A stretch of DNA of 64,000 nt from an uncultured Prevotella sp. (GTDB lineage: Bacteria; Bacteroidota; Bacteroidia; Bacteroidales; Bacteroidaceae). The stretch is from the NCBI GenBank assembly GCA_945830055.1, contig CALZXH010000002.1, positions 17,737 through 81,736 of the forward strand, in the 5' to 3' direction. Under the pieces are notes generated by a model. That model ran no database searches. It was not told the origin of the DNA and saw only the letters and a list, made by a program, of their open reading frames with translations. Each line of letters begins with the position of its first letter. The first letter of the stretch is position 1. Both the position numbers and the translations under genes were made by a program. Below are positions 48,899 to 60,023 of the stretch, in pieces.

Positions 48899-50382
48899 AT
48901 ATCAGAAATAAAGGAAAACTCTGTTTTCTCTCCTTGCTGCTTTGCCTTGTCACCGGCTGCATCAGCGACGACACCTTCAGCACCGACAGTTCAAAGCATC
49001 TCTCTTTGGCCAGCGACACCATCGATTTTGACACCCTGTTCAGCACCGTTGCGTCGAGCACCCGACAGACCATGGTGTACAACTATTCGGGGGAGAATCT
49101 GCGCATCTCGACCGTAAGGCTGCAAAGGGGCAACCAGACGGGATTCAGGGTGAACGTAAGCGGCTCGTACCTGGACAACAATACGGGCAGCATCATCAAG
49201 GACCTGGAGATAAGGAACGGCGACAGCATCCGCGTATTCATAGAAATGACACCCAAGCACAACGGTGCCCTGGAACCGGTGAAGATTGAAGACAACATCA
49301 TCTTTACCCTGGAAAGCGGAGTGCAGCAGAACCTGGCGCTCAGGGCACAGGTATGGGATGCCGAAATTCACGCAAACCAGCTGGTTGTAGGCCAGGACAG
49401 CGTGATACGCAGCAGCGTGCCCATACTGTTGCAAAAAGGACTGAGAGTGGATAGCAACGTGACGCTGAGGATAGAGGCGCCCACACAGCTGTTTTTCCAC
49501 AGCAATACGGCACTGAATGTGTATGGTACACTGATAATAGCCGGAGCACAGGGCGAGGAGGTGGTACTGCGGGGAGACCGCACCGACAGGATGTTCCCCT
49601 ACCTGCCCTACGACAGGATAAGCGGACAATGGAAAGGCATCCGATTCTACTCCTCATCCGACCGTAACGAAATATCCTATGCCGACATCCACGCCACTGA
49701 GGACGGCATCGTATGCGACTCGGCTTCATCGTTCAGCACGGACACCCGGAACCTGACCATCAGATACTCAAAGATACACAACTGCAAGGGATATGGCATC
49801 AAAAGCCACATGAGCAACCTGCTGGTGGCGGACACGGAAATAAGCAACGCACAGAATGACTGTGTGGCCATCTACGGCGGACTGGCTACTTTCGTTCACT
49901 GCACCATCGCACAGTTCTATCCGTTTACAGCCGAGCGGGGAGTGGCACTGAGATTCCAGAACTACGACGGGGCGTACAGCTATCCGCTCCACGGACTGCT
50001 CTGCTACAACACCATCGTGACAGGACTGGCCGGGGACGAAATCATGGGCAACCGCAAGGAAGACGAGGCCAGCGAGGAAGAGATTCCCTACGTGTATTAT
50101 TTCGAGAACTGCCTGCTGCACACTCCGGAGATAACAGACGAGAGTCAGGCGGAGATACTGAAAAACGTGCTATGGGAAAAGGCGGATGACGAAATACAAG
50201 GCTCCAGACACTTCCGTACCACGGATATGGACAACATGATTTTCGACTTCAGGCTGTCTGAGCAGTCCACCGCCATCGGCAAAGGCGTACTGATGTCGGG
50301 ATTCCCCGTTGACAGGAACGGCGTAGTCAGACCTGAGACTCCTGACTTGGGATGCTATCAAACGCCAGAGGCAAAAGATTGA
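48892..50382 (+). CDS. Lipoprotein with Ig-like and right-handed beta-helix domains
   Basis: Lipobox LVTGC, SDTIDFDTLFS, GQWKGIRF, repeated I-x-N strands, C-terminal DFRL...PDLGCYQ. Confidence 0.8.
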   Translation: MLNIRNKGKLCFLSLLLCLVTGCISDDTFSTDSSKHLSLASDTIDFDTLFSTVASSTRQTMVYNYSGENLRISTVRLQRGNQTGFRVNVSGSYLDNNTGSIIKDLEIRNGDSIRVFIEMTPKHNGALEPVKIEDNIIFTLESGVQQNLALRAQVWDAEIHANQLVVGQDSVIRSSVPILLQKGLRVDSNVTLRIEAPTQLFFHSNTALNVYGTLIIAGAQGEEVVLRGDRTDRMFPYLPYDRISGQWKGIRFYSSSDRNEISYADIHATEDGIVCDSASSFSTDTRNLTIRYSKIHNCKGYGIKSHMSNLLVADTEISNAQNDCVAIYGGLATFVHCTIAQFYPFTAERGVALRFQNYDGAYSYPLHGLLCYNTIVTGLAGDEIMGNRKEDEASEEEIPYVYYFENCLLHTPEITDESQAEILKNVLWEKADDEIQGSRHFRTTDMDNMIFDFRLSEQSTAIGKGVLMSGFPVDRNGVVRPETPDLGCYQTPEAKD

Positions 50383-50818
50383 CGACACCGGCAGTCCTCC
50401 ATATTCCCGAAGTGCCATACATCAGCACCGTTATCGGACGATGGAAGCGCGACTCCATTTCTGCAAGCACCTGCCGGCAACTGCCGCAAGGAGTGACAGG
50501 ACGGACGGTAAACCCACCGGAATCTTGTGCGGCAAGGGCGATGGCAGTGACAGGCACATCGGGATGCCCGTGGGCTGCGGCGAACAGAGCCACCCTTTCG
50601 GCGCAGAGGGTAACAGGATAGGCGCTGTTCTCCTGGTTGCTTCCGGTGACGGTATGTCCGTCATCCATCAAGACTGCCGCCCCTACCCTGAATCGGGAAT
50701 AAGGAGAATAGGACCGTTCGGTGGCTTCCATGGCAGCCATGACCAACTGACGCTCTTCGGGACAGAGTTCGTCCAAGGCACACTCATCATAGTGTACGGC
50801 AAATTGAAGACTCTTCAT
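50327..50818 (-). CDS. cdd: Cytidine deaminase
   Basis: SYSPYSRFRVGAA, NQEN, LCAERVA, PCGSCRQ. Converges on and overlaps the previous gene by 56 nt. Confidence 0.94.
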   Translation of the reverse strand: MKSLQFAVHYDECALDELCPEERQLVMAAMEATERSYSPYSRFRVGAAVLMDDGHTVTGSNQENSAYPVTLCAERVALFAAAHGHPDVPVTAIALAAQDSGGFTVRPVTPCGSCRQVLAEMESRFHRPITVLMYGTSGIWRTAGVVNLLPLAFDSIPSQESQV

Positions 50819-50855
50819 AATCACAGATTTTTGACTTACTTTGAGCACTTAGACA

Positions 50856-51785
50856 ATGATTGACCGCAAATATATGAAATTGGAACCAAACAAACGACTT
50901 TTTATCCTCATTTTGTTTGTTTTTCTCCATACCCTCACATTCGCCCAACTGGCAAAGAACCGCCAATACGAACAGTATTTCGCCCAATACAAGGACATAG
51001 CCATCGAGCAGATGAGGAAATACCATATCCCTGCAAGCATCACACTGGCACAAGGAGTGTTCGAATCGGGCGCGGGCAACAGCATCTTAGCAAGAAAGGG
51101 CAACAACCATTTCGGCATCAAATGCCACAACTGGAGGGGAAAGACCATGTACTACTCTGACGACAAACCCAACGACTGCTTCAGAGTATATAAAAACGCA
51201 AGGGAGAGCTACGAGGACCACTCGGTATTCCTGACGACGGGCCGCAGATACCAGGGACTGTTCCGACTGAAGACGACTGACTACAAGGGCTGGGCACACG
51301 GTCTGAAAAAGGCGGGCTATGCCACCAACCCGAAATACGCCTACAAGCTCATCGACATCATCGAGACTTACGAACTCTACCGATATGACGGCAAGAATCG
51401 GACAGACAAGTTTATCCGTGACCACTCCATGGCGGAGTTCGACTATACCATCTACTCCTACAACAAGAACTACTACATCTTTGCGAAAGAGGGAGACACC
51501 TTCAAATCGCTTTCAAAAAAGGTGGGCATTTCCAGAGGTTCGCTTGCCAAATACAATGAGCGTGACAAGAACGACGTACTGCAGGCTGGCGACATCATCT
51601 ACCTGAAGAAGAAGAGAAGCAGGGTGGCTAAAGAATACCGCAAGACCTACCACACGGTAAAGGCCGGGGAATCGATGTACTCTATATCGCAACTGTATGG
51701 CATCAGGATGAAATTCCTGTACAAGATGAACAAGCTCAATGCCGACTATCTGATTCAGGTGGGAGATCGGCTGTATCTGAAATAA
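50856..51785 (+). CDS. Glucosaminidase (GH73) with LysM domains
   Basis: IPASITLAQGVFESG, NNHFGIKC, GYATNPKY, two LysM repeats. The start may be 50874. Confidence 0.92.
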   Translation: MIDRKYMKLEPNKRLFILILFVFLHTLTFAQLAKNRQYEQYFAQYKDIAIEQMRKYHIPASITLAQGVFESGAGNSILARKGNNHFGIKCHNWRGKTMYYSDDKPNDCFRVYKNARESYEDHSVFLTTGRRYQGLFRLKTTDYKGWAHGLKKAGYATNPKYAYKLIDIIETYELYRYDGKNRTDKFIRDHSMAEFDYTIYSYNKNYYIFAKEGDTFKSLSKKVGISRGSLAKYNERDKNDVLQAGDIIYLKKKRSRVAKEYRKTYHTVKAGESMYSISQLYGIRMKFLYKMNKLNADYLIQVGDRLYLK

Positions 51786-51965
51786 GGTACTGGGTCATGC
51801 CCGAAAAACGAAGCAGACAGGATACAGAATGACATCATTTCTTCAATAATTCGTAATAAATGAAATAATTTGACTACATTTCCTGTTAATCGGTTATTTT
51901 TTTGTACCTTTGTGCCTTGATATCAATACATGAGACAAACAAAGAAGAAAAAAGGAAGACTAAAG

Positions 51966-52832
51966 ATGGAGAAATCTACTGCGATACTGTTGCTTCACTG
52001 TCCGGACCAACCCGGCATCATCACGGAAGTGACCAAGTTCATCACCGACAACCAAGGAAACATCATTTATCTTGACCAATATGTGGACAGACAGGATGGG
52101 ATGTTCTTCATGCGAATAGAATGGGACTTGGAAAACTTCACCATTCCCAGAGACAAGATTCTGGAGTATATCAACACCTTGTACGCACAACGCTACAACA
52201 TGGTGTGCAACCTCTATTTCAGCGACCAGAAGCCCAAAATGGCGATTTTTGTGAGCAAGATGAGCCACTGTCTGTATGACCTGCTGGCAAGATGGAAGGC
52301 AGGAGAATACGACGTGGAGATTCCATGTATCGTCAGCAATCACGAGGATCTGAGATATGTGGCAGAGCAGTTCGGCATCCCCTACTACGTATGGTCTATC
52401 AAGAAAGACCACAGCAACAAGGCGGAGGTGGAGCAGGCCGAGATGGAGCTGCTCAGGGAAAAGGGAGTGACGTTTATCGTGCTGGCACGCTACATGCAGA
52501 TTATCAGCGACGAGATGATACAGTCGTACCCCAACCACATCATCAACATCCACCACTCTTTCCTGCCGGCATTTGTAGGAGCCAAGCCCTACCACCAGGC
52601 ATGGGAGCGCGGAGTGAAGATCATCGGAGCCACCAGCCACTATGTGACGGCAGAATTGGATGCGGGGCCCATCATCGAGCAGGACGTGACACGCATCACC
52701 CATAAGGACACCCCGGAAAGTTTGGTACTAAAAGGAAAAGACCTGGAAAAAATCGTATTGTCGAGGGCTGTCAGGAAGCACATAGAGCGAAAGATATTAA
52801 CTTACCACAACAAGACAATCATCTTCAACTGA
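51966..52832 (+). CDS. purU: Formyltetrahydrofolate deformylase
   Basis: ACT domain CPDQPGI, LARYMQI, INIHHSFLPAF, LDAGPIIEQ. Confidence 0.96.
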   Translation: MEKSTAILLLHCPDQPGIITEVTKFITDNQGNIIYLDQYVDRQDGMFFMRIEWDLENFTIPRDKILEYINTLYAQRYNMVCNLYFSDQKPKMAIFVSKMSHCLYDLLARWKAGEYDVEIPCIVSNHEDLRYVAEQFGIPYYVWSIKKDHSNKAEVEQAEMELLREKGVTFIVLARYMQIISDEMIQSYPNHIINIHHSFLPAFVGAKPYHQAWERGVKIIGATSHYVTAELDAGPIIEQDVTRITHKDTPESLVLKGKDLEKIVLSRAVRKHIERKILTYHNKTIIFN

Positions 52833-53431
52833 TGGATGTAGCCATTGTAAAATACAACGCGGGAAACATCCGCTCTGTCATCAACGCCTTGAACCGTCTG
52901 GGTATAGACCCTGTGCTTACCGACGACGCTGAAATGTTGTGCAAGGCAGACAAGGTGCTGTTTCCGGGACAAGGAGAGGCAAAGAACGCCATGCAATACC
53001 TTCGGGAGCACCGGCTCGACGAGGTAATCAAGGGTCTCTCACAGCCCGTTTTGGGTATCTGTATCGGTCAGCAGCTGCTGTGCCGGCACTCGGAAGAGGG
53101 TGATACAGAGTGCCTGGGCATCTTTGATGCGGAGGTGAAACGCTTTGTGCCTACCGCCCACGAAGAGAAAGTGCCTGCTATGGGATGGAACAGTATCCAT
53201 GACCTGAAGACAGACCTTTTCAAAGGCCTGGACGACGGCAAATCAGAGCCGTTCGTATATTTTGTACACAGCTATTATGTACCTGTAAACCGGCATACCA
53301 TAGCAACCACGGACTACATTCTTCCGTACAGCGCCGCCATACAGAAAGACAACTTCTACGCCACGCAGTTTCACCCGGAAAAAAGCGGGGAAATTGGAGA
53401 AATCATCCTCAAAAACTTCCTTGACTTATGA
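52832..53431 (+). CDS. hisH: Imidazole glycerol phosphate synthase, glutaminase subunit
   Basis: YNAGN, FPGQG, LGICIGQQ, FVHSY, QFHPEKS. Confidence 0.96.
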   Translation: MDVAIVKYNAGNIRSVINALNRLGIDPVLTDDAEMLCKADKVLFPGQGEAKNAMQYLREHRLDEVIKGLSQPVLGICIGQQLLCRHSEEGDTECLGIFDAEVKRFVPTAHEEKVPAMGWNSIHDLKTDLFKGLDDGKSEPFVYFVHSYYVPVNRHTIATTDYILPYSAAIQKDNFYATQFHPEKSGEIGEIILKNFLDL

Positions 53432-54153
53432 TTGAACTCATTCCTGCCATAGATATTATAGAAGGGAAATGCGTAAGACTGTCCAACGGCGACTACGCAA
53501 GCAAAGTGGTGTATGGCGACAACCCCGTAGATATAGCCGTAGAGCTGCAGGCTGCGGGCTTCAAACGCCTGCACGTTGTAGATCTTGACGGGGCTAAATC
53601 CAAACATATCGTCAACCACCACATACTCAAGGAGATTACCTCAAAGACAGAACTGACGGTAGATTTCGGCGGCGGTATAAAAACCGATGAAGACATAGAG
53701 ACGGCCTTCGCCAGCGGAGCAGCCATGGTGACGGTAGGCTCCATAGCCGTGACCGACAAGCCGCTGTTCCGGAAATGGATTGACCGGTATGAGGCTGACA
53801 GGATTATCCTGGGAGCAGACGTGCGCAACGGGAAGATATCGGTCAACGGATGGAAGGAGGACTCCACCGAAGACCTGTTCTCTTTTTTACAGTATTACAT
53901 TGGTCTGGGCATCAGAAACGTGCTCTGTACAGACATATCGAAAGACGGCATGATGGGCGGTCCGGCATTTGACCTGTATGAGGAAATCATGAGAAGATTC
54001 CCCTCCATCCATCTCATCGCAAGCGGCGGCATCTCATGTAATCAGGATATCACCCGTTTGGATGCGCTCGGCATTCCGGCGGTGGTGTTCGGCAAGGCTT
54101 ATTATGAAGGCAAAATAAACGTATCAGAATTATGGGATTGGCAAAGAGAATAA
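53428..54153 (+). CDS. hisA: ProFAR isomerase
   Basis: [35 protein letters not shown]. Confidence 0.96.
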   Translation: MIELIPAIDIIEGKCVRLSNGDYASKVVYGDNPVDIAVELQAAGFKRLHVVDLDGAKSKHIVNHHILKEITSKTELTVDFGGGIKTDEDIETAFASGAAMVTVGSIAVTDKPLFRKWIDRYEADRIILGADVRNGKISVNGWKEDSTEDLFSFLQYYIGLGIRNVLCTDISKDGMMGGPAFDLYEEIMRRFPSIHLIASGGISCNQDITRLDALGIPAVVFGKAYYEGKINVSELWDWQRE

Positions 54154-54890
54154 TTCCATGTTTGGATGTCAAGGACGGTGAGACTGTCAAAGGAATCAAC
54201 TTTGTGCAGTTGCGGAAGGCCGGCGACCCCGTTGAACTGGGGAAGATATACAGCGCCTCCGGTGCCGACGAACTTGTATTCCTGGATATTACGGCAAGCC
54301 ACGAGGGAAGAAAGACCTTCACCAATATGGTGGAAAGGGTGGCGAAAGAAATCAATATACCGTTCACCGTGGGTGGCGGAATACATGAGATTGAGGATGT
54401 GGAACGGCTGCTCTATGCAGGAGCCGACAAGGTGAGCGTGAACAGCGCCGCCATCAGGCATCCGGAACTCATTGACCAGATAAGCGCACGGTTTGGCAGT
54501 CAGGTATGTGTCTGTGCCATCGACGCGCGATACGACGACGGAGAGTGGTACTGTTATCTGAACGGCGGAAGAATACGTACCGACAAGAAACTGCTGGCAT
54601 GGGCTAAGGAGGCTGAGCAACGTGGCGCCGGAGAAATACTGTTCACCAGTATGGACCACGACGGTGTGAAGGAAGGATATGCCAACGACGCACTCGCCCT
54701 ACTGGCTGAGAGCCTTTCCATCCCGGTCATTGCCAGCGGAGGAGCAGGAACCAAGGAGCATTTCAGGGATGCCTTTACTTTAGGACATGCCGATGCCGCC
54801 CTGGCAGCCAGCGTATTCCATTTTGGAGAAATAAACATCCGTGACTTGAAACAGTATCTGAAAGCCGAAAACATCACAGTAAGATGCTGA
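54132..54890 (+). CDS. hisF: Imidazole glycerol phosphate synthase, cyclase subunit
   Basis: [33 protein letters not shown]. Confidence 0.97.
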   Translation: MGLAKRIIPCLDVKDGETVKGINFVQLRKAGDPVELGKIYSASGADELVFLDITASHEGRKTFTNMVERVAKEINIPFTVGGGIHEIEDVERLLYAGADKVSVNSAAIRHPELIDQISARFGSQVCVCAIDARYDDGEWYCYLNGGRIRTDKKLLAWAKEAEQRGAGEILFTSMDHDGVKEGYANDALALLAESLSIPVIASGGAGTKEHFRDAFTLGHADAALAASVFHFGEINIRDLKQYLKAENITVRC

Positions 54891-54920
54891 AAGATTGACT
54901 AAACTGACAAACATACCATT

Positions 54921-55535
54921 ATGAATATAAATTTTGAAAAAGGCAGCGGACTTGTACCCGCTATCATACAAGATGCCGAGACGAACAAGGTGCTGATGCT
55001 GGGCTACATGAACCAAGAAGCGCTGGACCTCACATTGAAAACGAAAAAAGTGACTTTCTATAGCCGTACCCGCCAATGTCTGTGGACCAAGGGCGAAACA
55101 TCGGGAAACTATCTGAACCTGGTGGATCTGAAAGCGGACTGCGACAACGATACCCTGCTTGTAAAGGTACACCCCACCGGTCCGACCTGCCACACCGGGA
55201 CAGACACCTGCTGGGGAGAAACCAACGGGTCTAATCCTCTGCTCTTTCTCAGCGCATTGCAGGATTTCATCTACAAAAGGAAAGAAGAGATGCCTGAAGG
55301 CAGCTATACCACATCGCTGTTTAAGGACGGACTGAACAGAATGGCGCAGAAGGTAGGAGAAGAAGCGCTGGAGGCTGTGATCGAGGCATGTAACGGTACC
55401 AACGAACGACTGGTATACGAGGGGTCGGACATGCTGTATCATCTCATCGTATTGCTGACGGAAAAAGGGCTGAGAATTGAAGACCTGGCAAAAGAACTGC
55501 AAGTGAGACATGACCCAAACTGGCACAAGCATTAA
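54921..55535 (+). CDS. hisIE: Bifunctional PR-AMP cyclohydrolase / PR-ATP pyrophosphatase
   Basis: LWTKGETSG, DCDNDTL, TCHTG, KVGEEALE. Confidence 0.96.
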   Translation: MNINFEKGSGLVPAIIQDAETNKVLMLGYMNQEALDLTLKTKKVTFYSRTRQCLWTKGETSGNYLNLVDLKADCDNDTLLVKVHPTGPTCHTGTDTCWGETNGSNPLLFLSALQDFIYKRKEEMPEGSYTTSLFKDGLNRMAQKVGEEALEAVIEACNGTNERLVYEGSDMLYHLIVLLTEKGLRIEDLAKELQVRHDPNWHKH

Positions 55536-55594
55536 GCTGCCGGTTCATCTCGTTTTCACGGACAAAGGAACCATTTAAAATATTGTCTTCCAAA

Positions 55595-56311
55595 ATGTCA
55601 CTCATTAGTTACAAAAACGTCAATATCTATCAAGAGACCGGGGAACTGACTCTCAAGAACGTTCACTTCCATGTGGATGAGGGTGAATTTATCTATCTGA
55701 TAGGACGGGTCGGTTCGGGCAAGTCATCGCTTTTGAAGACACTCTATCTGGAACTGGATATAGAGGAGGCGGACGAGGCGATGGTTTTCGGTCAGAACAT
55801 CGTGAAACTACGCAGAAAGCATGTGCCGCCCTTGCGCAGAAAGATGGGTATCATATTCCAGGACTTCAAACTGCTGAACGAGAAGACCGTTTACCAGAAC
55901 CTGAGATTCGTGCTCAAGGCAACAGGCTGGAAGACAAAGGAGTCGATAGAGAAACGGATTGACGAGGTGCTGACGGATGTAGGGATGACGGACAAAAAGG
56001 ATGCCCTGCCACATGAACTGTCGGGCGGAGAACAGCAGCGTATCGCCATCGCGCGCGCCCTGCTCAACAACCCTCAACTGATCATAGCCGACGAGCCGAC
56101 GGGCAATCTGGACCCAGAAACAGCCGACGGCATTGTTGCCTTATTGCGAGAGATTTCCCAGACAGGTACCGCCGTCATCATGTCAACCCACAATCTTGGT
56201 ATCATCAAAAAGTACCAGGGCATCATTTACCGCTGTGAAGACGGACATCTGGAGGAAGTCAGCGGGCAAGAGAGCCAACAAACGGAAGAAGCAAACATAA
56301 CCGAGAAATAA
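55595..56311 (+). CDS. ftsE: FtsE-like ABC ATP-binding protein
   Basis: GRVGSGKSS, LRRKMGIIFQDFKLL, LSGGEQQR, ADEPTGNLD. Confidence 0.85.
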   Translation: MSLISYKNVNIYQETGELTLKNVHFHVDEGEFIYLIGRVGSGKSSLLKTLYLELDIEEADEAMVFGQNIVKLRRKHVPPLRRKMGIIFQDFKLLNEKTVYQNLRFVLKATGWKTKESIEKRIDEVLTDVGMTDKKDALPHELSGGEQQRIAIARALLNNPQLIIADEPTGNLDPETADGIVALLREISQTGTAVIMSTHNLGIIKKYQGIIYRCEDGHLEEVSGQESQQTEEANITEK

Positions 56312-56333
56312 AAAATAATAAATACATACCACT

Positions 56334-57656
56334 ATGAAAGTAATGAAATTCGGCGGAACATCTGTAGGTTCGCCCGTCAGAATGCAAAATGTAACAAAAC
56401 TGGTCACCGCATCAGAAGAAAAAGTGTTCTTGGTATTATCTGCCATGTCAGGCACCACCAATTCCCTGCTTGAGATATCCAACTACCTGTACAAGAAGAA
56501 CACTGACGGAGCCAATGAAATCATCAACAGACTGGAAGAGAAGTATCTCCAGCATGTGGAAGAGCTGTACTCCACCGACCAATGGAAAAACGAAACCAAG
56601 AATTTCATCCGTGAGATTTTCACCTATCTTCGCTCGTTCACCAAGGAACTGTTTACAAGTTTTGAGGAGAAAAACATTGTAGCTCAGGGCGAGATATTGA
56701 GTACCAACATGGTGACGAACTACATGAAGGAACAAGGCTATAACGTTGCCCTGGTTTCTGCACTCGACTTCATGAGGACGGACAAGAACTCGGATCCCGA
56801 CCCCATCTATATCAAGAACAAACTGAACGCTGTGCTGGAAGAGCACAAGGATGTTCAGGTGCTGGTAACCCAAGGATTTATCTGCCGGAACGCATACGGA
56901 GAAATAGATAATCTGCAACGCGGTGGCAGCGATTATACCGCTTCGCTCATCGGCGCAGCCATCAACGCAAGCGAGATACAGATTTGGACTGACATTGACG
57001 GTATGCACAACAACGACCCACGAGTGGTTGACAACACATCGCCTGTTCACCAGCTGCACTTCGAGGAGGCTGCAGAACTGGCATATTTCGGAGCGAAGAT
57101 ATTGCATCCCACTTGCGTACAACCTGCCAAATACGCAGGTATTCCCGTGAAACTGCTCAACACCATGGACCCTGAGGCAGAGGGAACCACCATCAGCAAC
57201 ACTACAGAAAAAGGCAAGATCAAGGCGGTTGCGGCTAAAGACAACATTACTGCCATCAAGATAAAAAGCAGCAGAATGCTTTTGGCGACAGGGTTCTTGA
57301 GGAAGGTGTTCGAGATTTTCGAGAGCAACCAGACCGCCATCGATATGGTATGTACCTCGGAAGTGGGGGTTTCGATGAGCATCGACAACAAGACTCATTT
57401 GCACGAAATCGTGGATGAGCTCAAGAAGTACGGTACCGTGACTGTGGACGAGGACATGTGTATCATCTGCGTGGTGGGTGACCTGGATTGGAGCAACATC
57501 GGTTTTGAGACCCTGGCAACGGAGGCGATGAAGAACATCCCTGTGCGCATGATTTCGTATGGAGGTTCCAACTACAACATCTCCTTCCTCATCAAAGAGA
57601 GCGACAAGAAAAAGGCTCTCCAAAGCTTGAGCAAGACCCTCTTCAACCAAGAATAA
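56334..57656 (+). CDS. lysC: Aspartate kinase
   Basis: MKVMKFGGTSVG, RGGSDY, WTDIDG, GAKILHP, two ACT domains. Confidence 0.95.
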   Translation: MKVMKFGGTSVGSPVRMQNVTKLVTASEEKVFLVLSAMSGTTNSLLEISNYLYKKNTDGANEIINRLEEKYLQHVEELYSTDQWKNETKNFIREIFTYLRSFTKELFTSFEEKNIVAQGEILSTNMVTNYMKEQGYNVALVSALDFMRTDKNSDPDPIYIKNKLNAVLEEHKDVQVLVTQGFICRNAYGEIDNLQRGGSDYTASLIGAAINASEIQIWTDIDGMHNNDPRVVDNTSPVHQLHFEEAAELAYFGAKILHPTCVQPAKYAGIPVKLLNTMDPEAEGTTISNTTEKGKIKAVAAKDNITAIKIKSSRMLLATGFLRKVFEIFESNQTAIDMVCTSEVGVSMSIDNKTHLHEIVDELKKYGTVTVDEDMCIICVVGDLDWSNIGFETLATEAMKNIPVRMISYGGSNYNISFLIKESDKKKALQSLSKTLFNQE

Positions 57657-57699
57657 TCCTATTACGACACAAACCAAAATACAAAAAAAACATACAGAC

Positions 57700-58857
57700 A
57701 TGAAAGGAATATTTCCAATCGAGAAATTCAAAGACATAAGGACTCCGTTCTATTACTACGATGTGGAATTGCTGAAACGGACGCTTGACGCCATCAAAGA
57801 GGAAGCCGCTAAATATGACAACTTCCATGTGCACTATGCCGTCAAGGCGAATGCCAACCCTGAACTGCTGAAAGTAATCTGCAATGCCTCGCTGGGAGCC
57901 GACTGCGTGAGCGGCGGTGAGATAGAGGCATCATTGAAGGCCGGATTCCCCAGTTCCAAAATCGTATATGCCGGCGTAGGCAAAAGTGACTGGGAGATTG
58001 AGCTCGGCTTGAAAAACGACATCGCCTGCTTTAATGTGGAAAGCGAAGCCGAAATGTGGGTTATCAACGAGATTGCCTGCAAAATGGGGAAAACAGCAAA
58101 GATTGCCTTCAGAATCAACCCCAATGTCGGAGCGCACACCCATGCCAACATCACTACCGGTTTGGCTGAAAACAAGTTCGGCATTTCCATGGAGCAGATG
58201 CTGGATGTGTTTGAAAAGGCAAAAGAATGTGCCAATATCGAGGTCATAGGCCTGCACTTCCATATCGGTTCCCAGATCCTGGACATGGGCGACTTCGAAA
58301 GTCTTTGCAACAGGATCAACGAACTGGAGACCACTTTGGAGAAGAACAAGATTACGGTGAAAACCATCAATGTGGGCGGAGGCCTGGGTATCGACTACAC
58401 ACACCCCAACAGAGTGCCTGTACCTGATTTCGCTTCTTATTTCAAGACGTATGCAAAATATCTCAAACTAAGGGATGGACAGGAGTTGCACTTTGAGTTG
58501 GGACGCTCGGTAGTGGCACAATGCGGGTCGCTGATCACACGCACATTATACGTAAAGAGCGGTGTAGCCAAACAATTTGCCATCGTAGATGCGGGTATGA
58601 CAGACTTGATACGCCCTGCCCTCTATCAGGCATACCATAAGATAGAGAATATCTCAAGCGACGCTCCCGTACAGACCTACGATGTGGTGGGCCCCATCTG
58701 CGAGTCCAGTGATGTCTTTGCAAAACACATAGAACTGAACGAAACACAAAGAGGGGATCTTATTGCCATCAGGTCTGCCGGCGCATACGGTGAAATCATG
58801 GCATCCGGATACAACTGTCGTAAACTGCCACAGGGCTATTGCAGCAACAGTCTGTAA
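57700..58857 (+). CDS. lysA: Diaminopimelate decarboxylase
   Basis: YAVKAN, HFHIGSQ, GGGLG, VGPICESSD, AGAYG. Confidence 0.96.
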   Translation: MKGIFPIEKFKDIRTPFYYYDVELLKRTLDAIKEEAAKYDNFHVHYAVKANANPELLKVICNASLGADCVSGGEIEASLKAGFPSSKIVYAGVGKSDWEIELGLKNDIACFNVESEAEMWVINEIACKMGKTAKIAFRINPNVGAHTHANITTGLAENKFGISMEQMLDVFEKAKECANIEVIGLHFHIGSQILDMGDFESLCNRINELETTLEKNKITVKTINVGGGLGIDYTHPNRVPVPDFASYFKTYAKYLKLRDGQELHFELGRSVVAQCGSLITRTLYVKSGVAKQFAIVDAGMTDLIRPALYQAYHKIENISSDAPVQTYDVVGPICESSDVFAKHIELNETQRGDLIAIRSAGAYGEIMASGYNCRKLPQGYCSNSL

Positions 58858-58902
58858 ATGACATCCTCCACACTGTGGAAACCATAAAAAGGCAATGAAA
58901 TC

Positions 58903-60012
58903 ATGAAGATACTTCATTTCAATCCTTTTGACAGCAAGACCGGTATAGGTCAATCAATATCCACATACATTTCCATGTTGCAAGCCAACATGGGAAAGGA
59001 TGTGGATATTGAGGTTGTAACGTCACTAAAGGATTTGAAAAAGAGTATTCATAACCAGCCACCGGAACTGATACATCTGTATGGAGCTTGGAACTGGAAA
59101 AACGGAATTGCCACAGCCTTCGCCGCCAAGAGGAACATACGCTATGTGTACACTCCATACGGGCAGTTAGACCCCTGGATTCTGAACCAGCACTACCTGA
59201 AACACAAGTTGCCGAGAATCATCCTATACCAAAAAAGGGTGATGAGACAGGCATACGCGGTGATAGCGCTTGGGAATATCGAAAAGGAGAAACTGCAGGA
59301 GTTAGACTGGAATAACCGCATCGAAGTGATTTTCAATCCCTTTGTCACCTCATCCATTACCCACGAAGAGGTATGTGAAAAGCTGGAGAAGGTGTATCAA
59401 AAGGTGCAGAACAGCCACGTCCGTCAGATCATGAAGGAGAACACGAAGCTGGCATTGAGCATACTCATCAAGGCTTCACAGGTAGATGACATACGCTGGA
59501 TAAATGAGCAAGAAAGAGCCGCTGTCAAAGAGACAGACGAGAGCGAATGGAAGAAACTGACCGTCTATGCCTTTCAGGAAAAGATTAGAGACCTCATTGA
59601 GACTGGATGTAACCTACTGGGAATCATACCTCCAGATATAGCTGACAGCGACTTGCTATGTTACCCTACAGAAGTGGCGAACAAGAAGTCAGAAAAGGCA
59701 AAATATCCCCAGATTCACCAGAAGAGGGGGGCAGACAACAAAATAGTATCAGAATGTTTCCTGGCGATTCTCACATTGGTCAAGGACAGACAACTCAACA
59801 TCAGGCATCTCATCGATTTTGCTTATTTGCTTAGGTTCTCTGTCATGGAAGAGGATAAGTTCCTGCAAGAATTACAAGAACAGAAAAAGACAAAAGAATT
59901 CAAAGGACTCATGTCTGCACTCGCAGAATACACCTCACTGGAAGAAGGCTTTATGCCTGTTCCCGGCAAATATAACGGATTAACAAAAAAGATTCAGCTT
60001 CTAATCAATTAG
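58903..60012 (+). CDS. Glycosyltransferase family 4 N-terminal domain protein with atypical C-terminus
   Basis: PELIHLYGAW, YVYTPYGQLDPW, IEVIFNP. No EX7E motif or canonical C-terminal Rossmann domain is recognisable. Confidence 0.7.
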   Translation: MKILHFNPFDSKTGIGQSISTYISMLQANMGKDVDIEVVTSLKDLKKSIHNQPPELIHLYGAWNWKNGIATAFAAKRNIRYVYTPYGQLDPWILNQHYLKHKLPRIILYQKRVMRQAYAVIALGNIEKEKLQELDWNNRIEVIFNPFVTSSITHEEVCEKLEKVYQKVQNSHVRQIMKENTKLALSILIKASQVDDIRWINEQERAAVKETDESEWKKLTVYAFQEKIRDLIETGCNLLGIIPPDIADSDLLCYPTEVANKKSEKAKYPQIHQKRGADNKIVSECFLAILTLVKDRQLNIRHLIDFAYLLRFSVMEEDKFLQELQEQKKTKEFKGLMSALAEYTSLEEGFMPVPGKYNGLTKKIQLLIN

Positions 60013-60023
60013 CTCCAAACAAC

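Noticed and set aside
55595-56311. ftsE without an adjacent ftsX
   Set aside because: The hisIE-ftsE-lysC-lysA order is an ordinary Bacteroidales arrangement.
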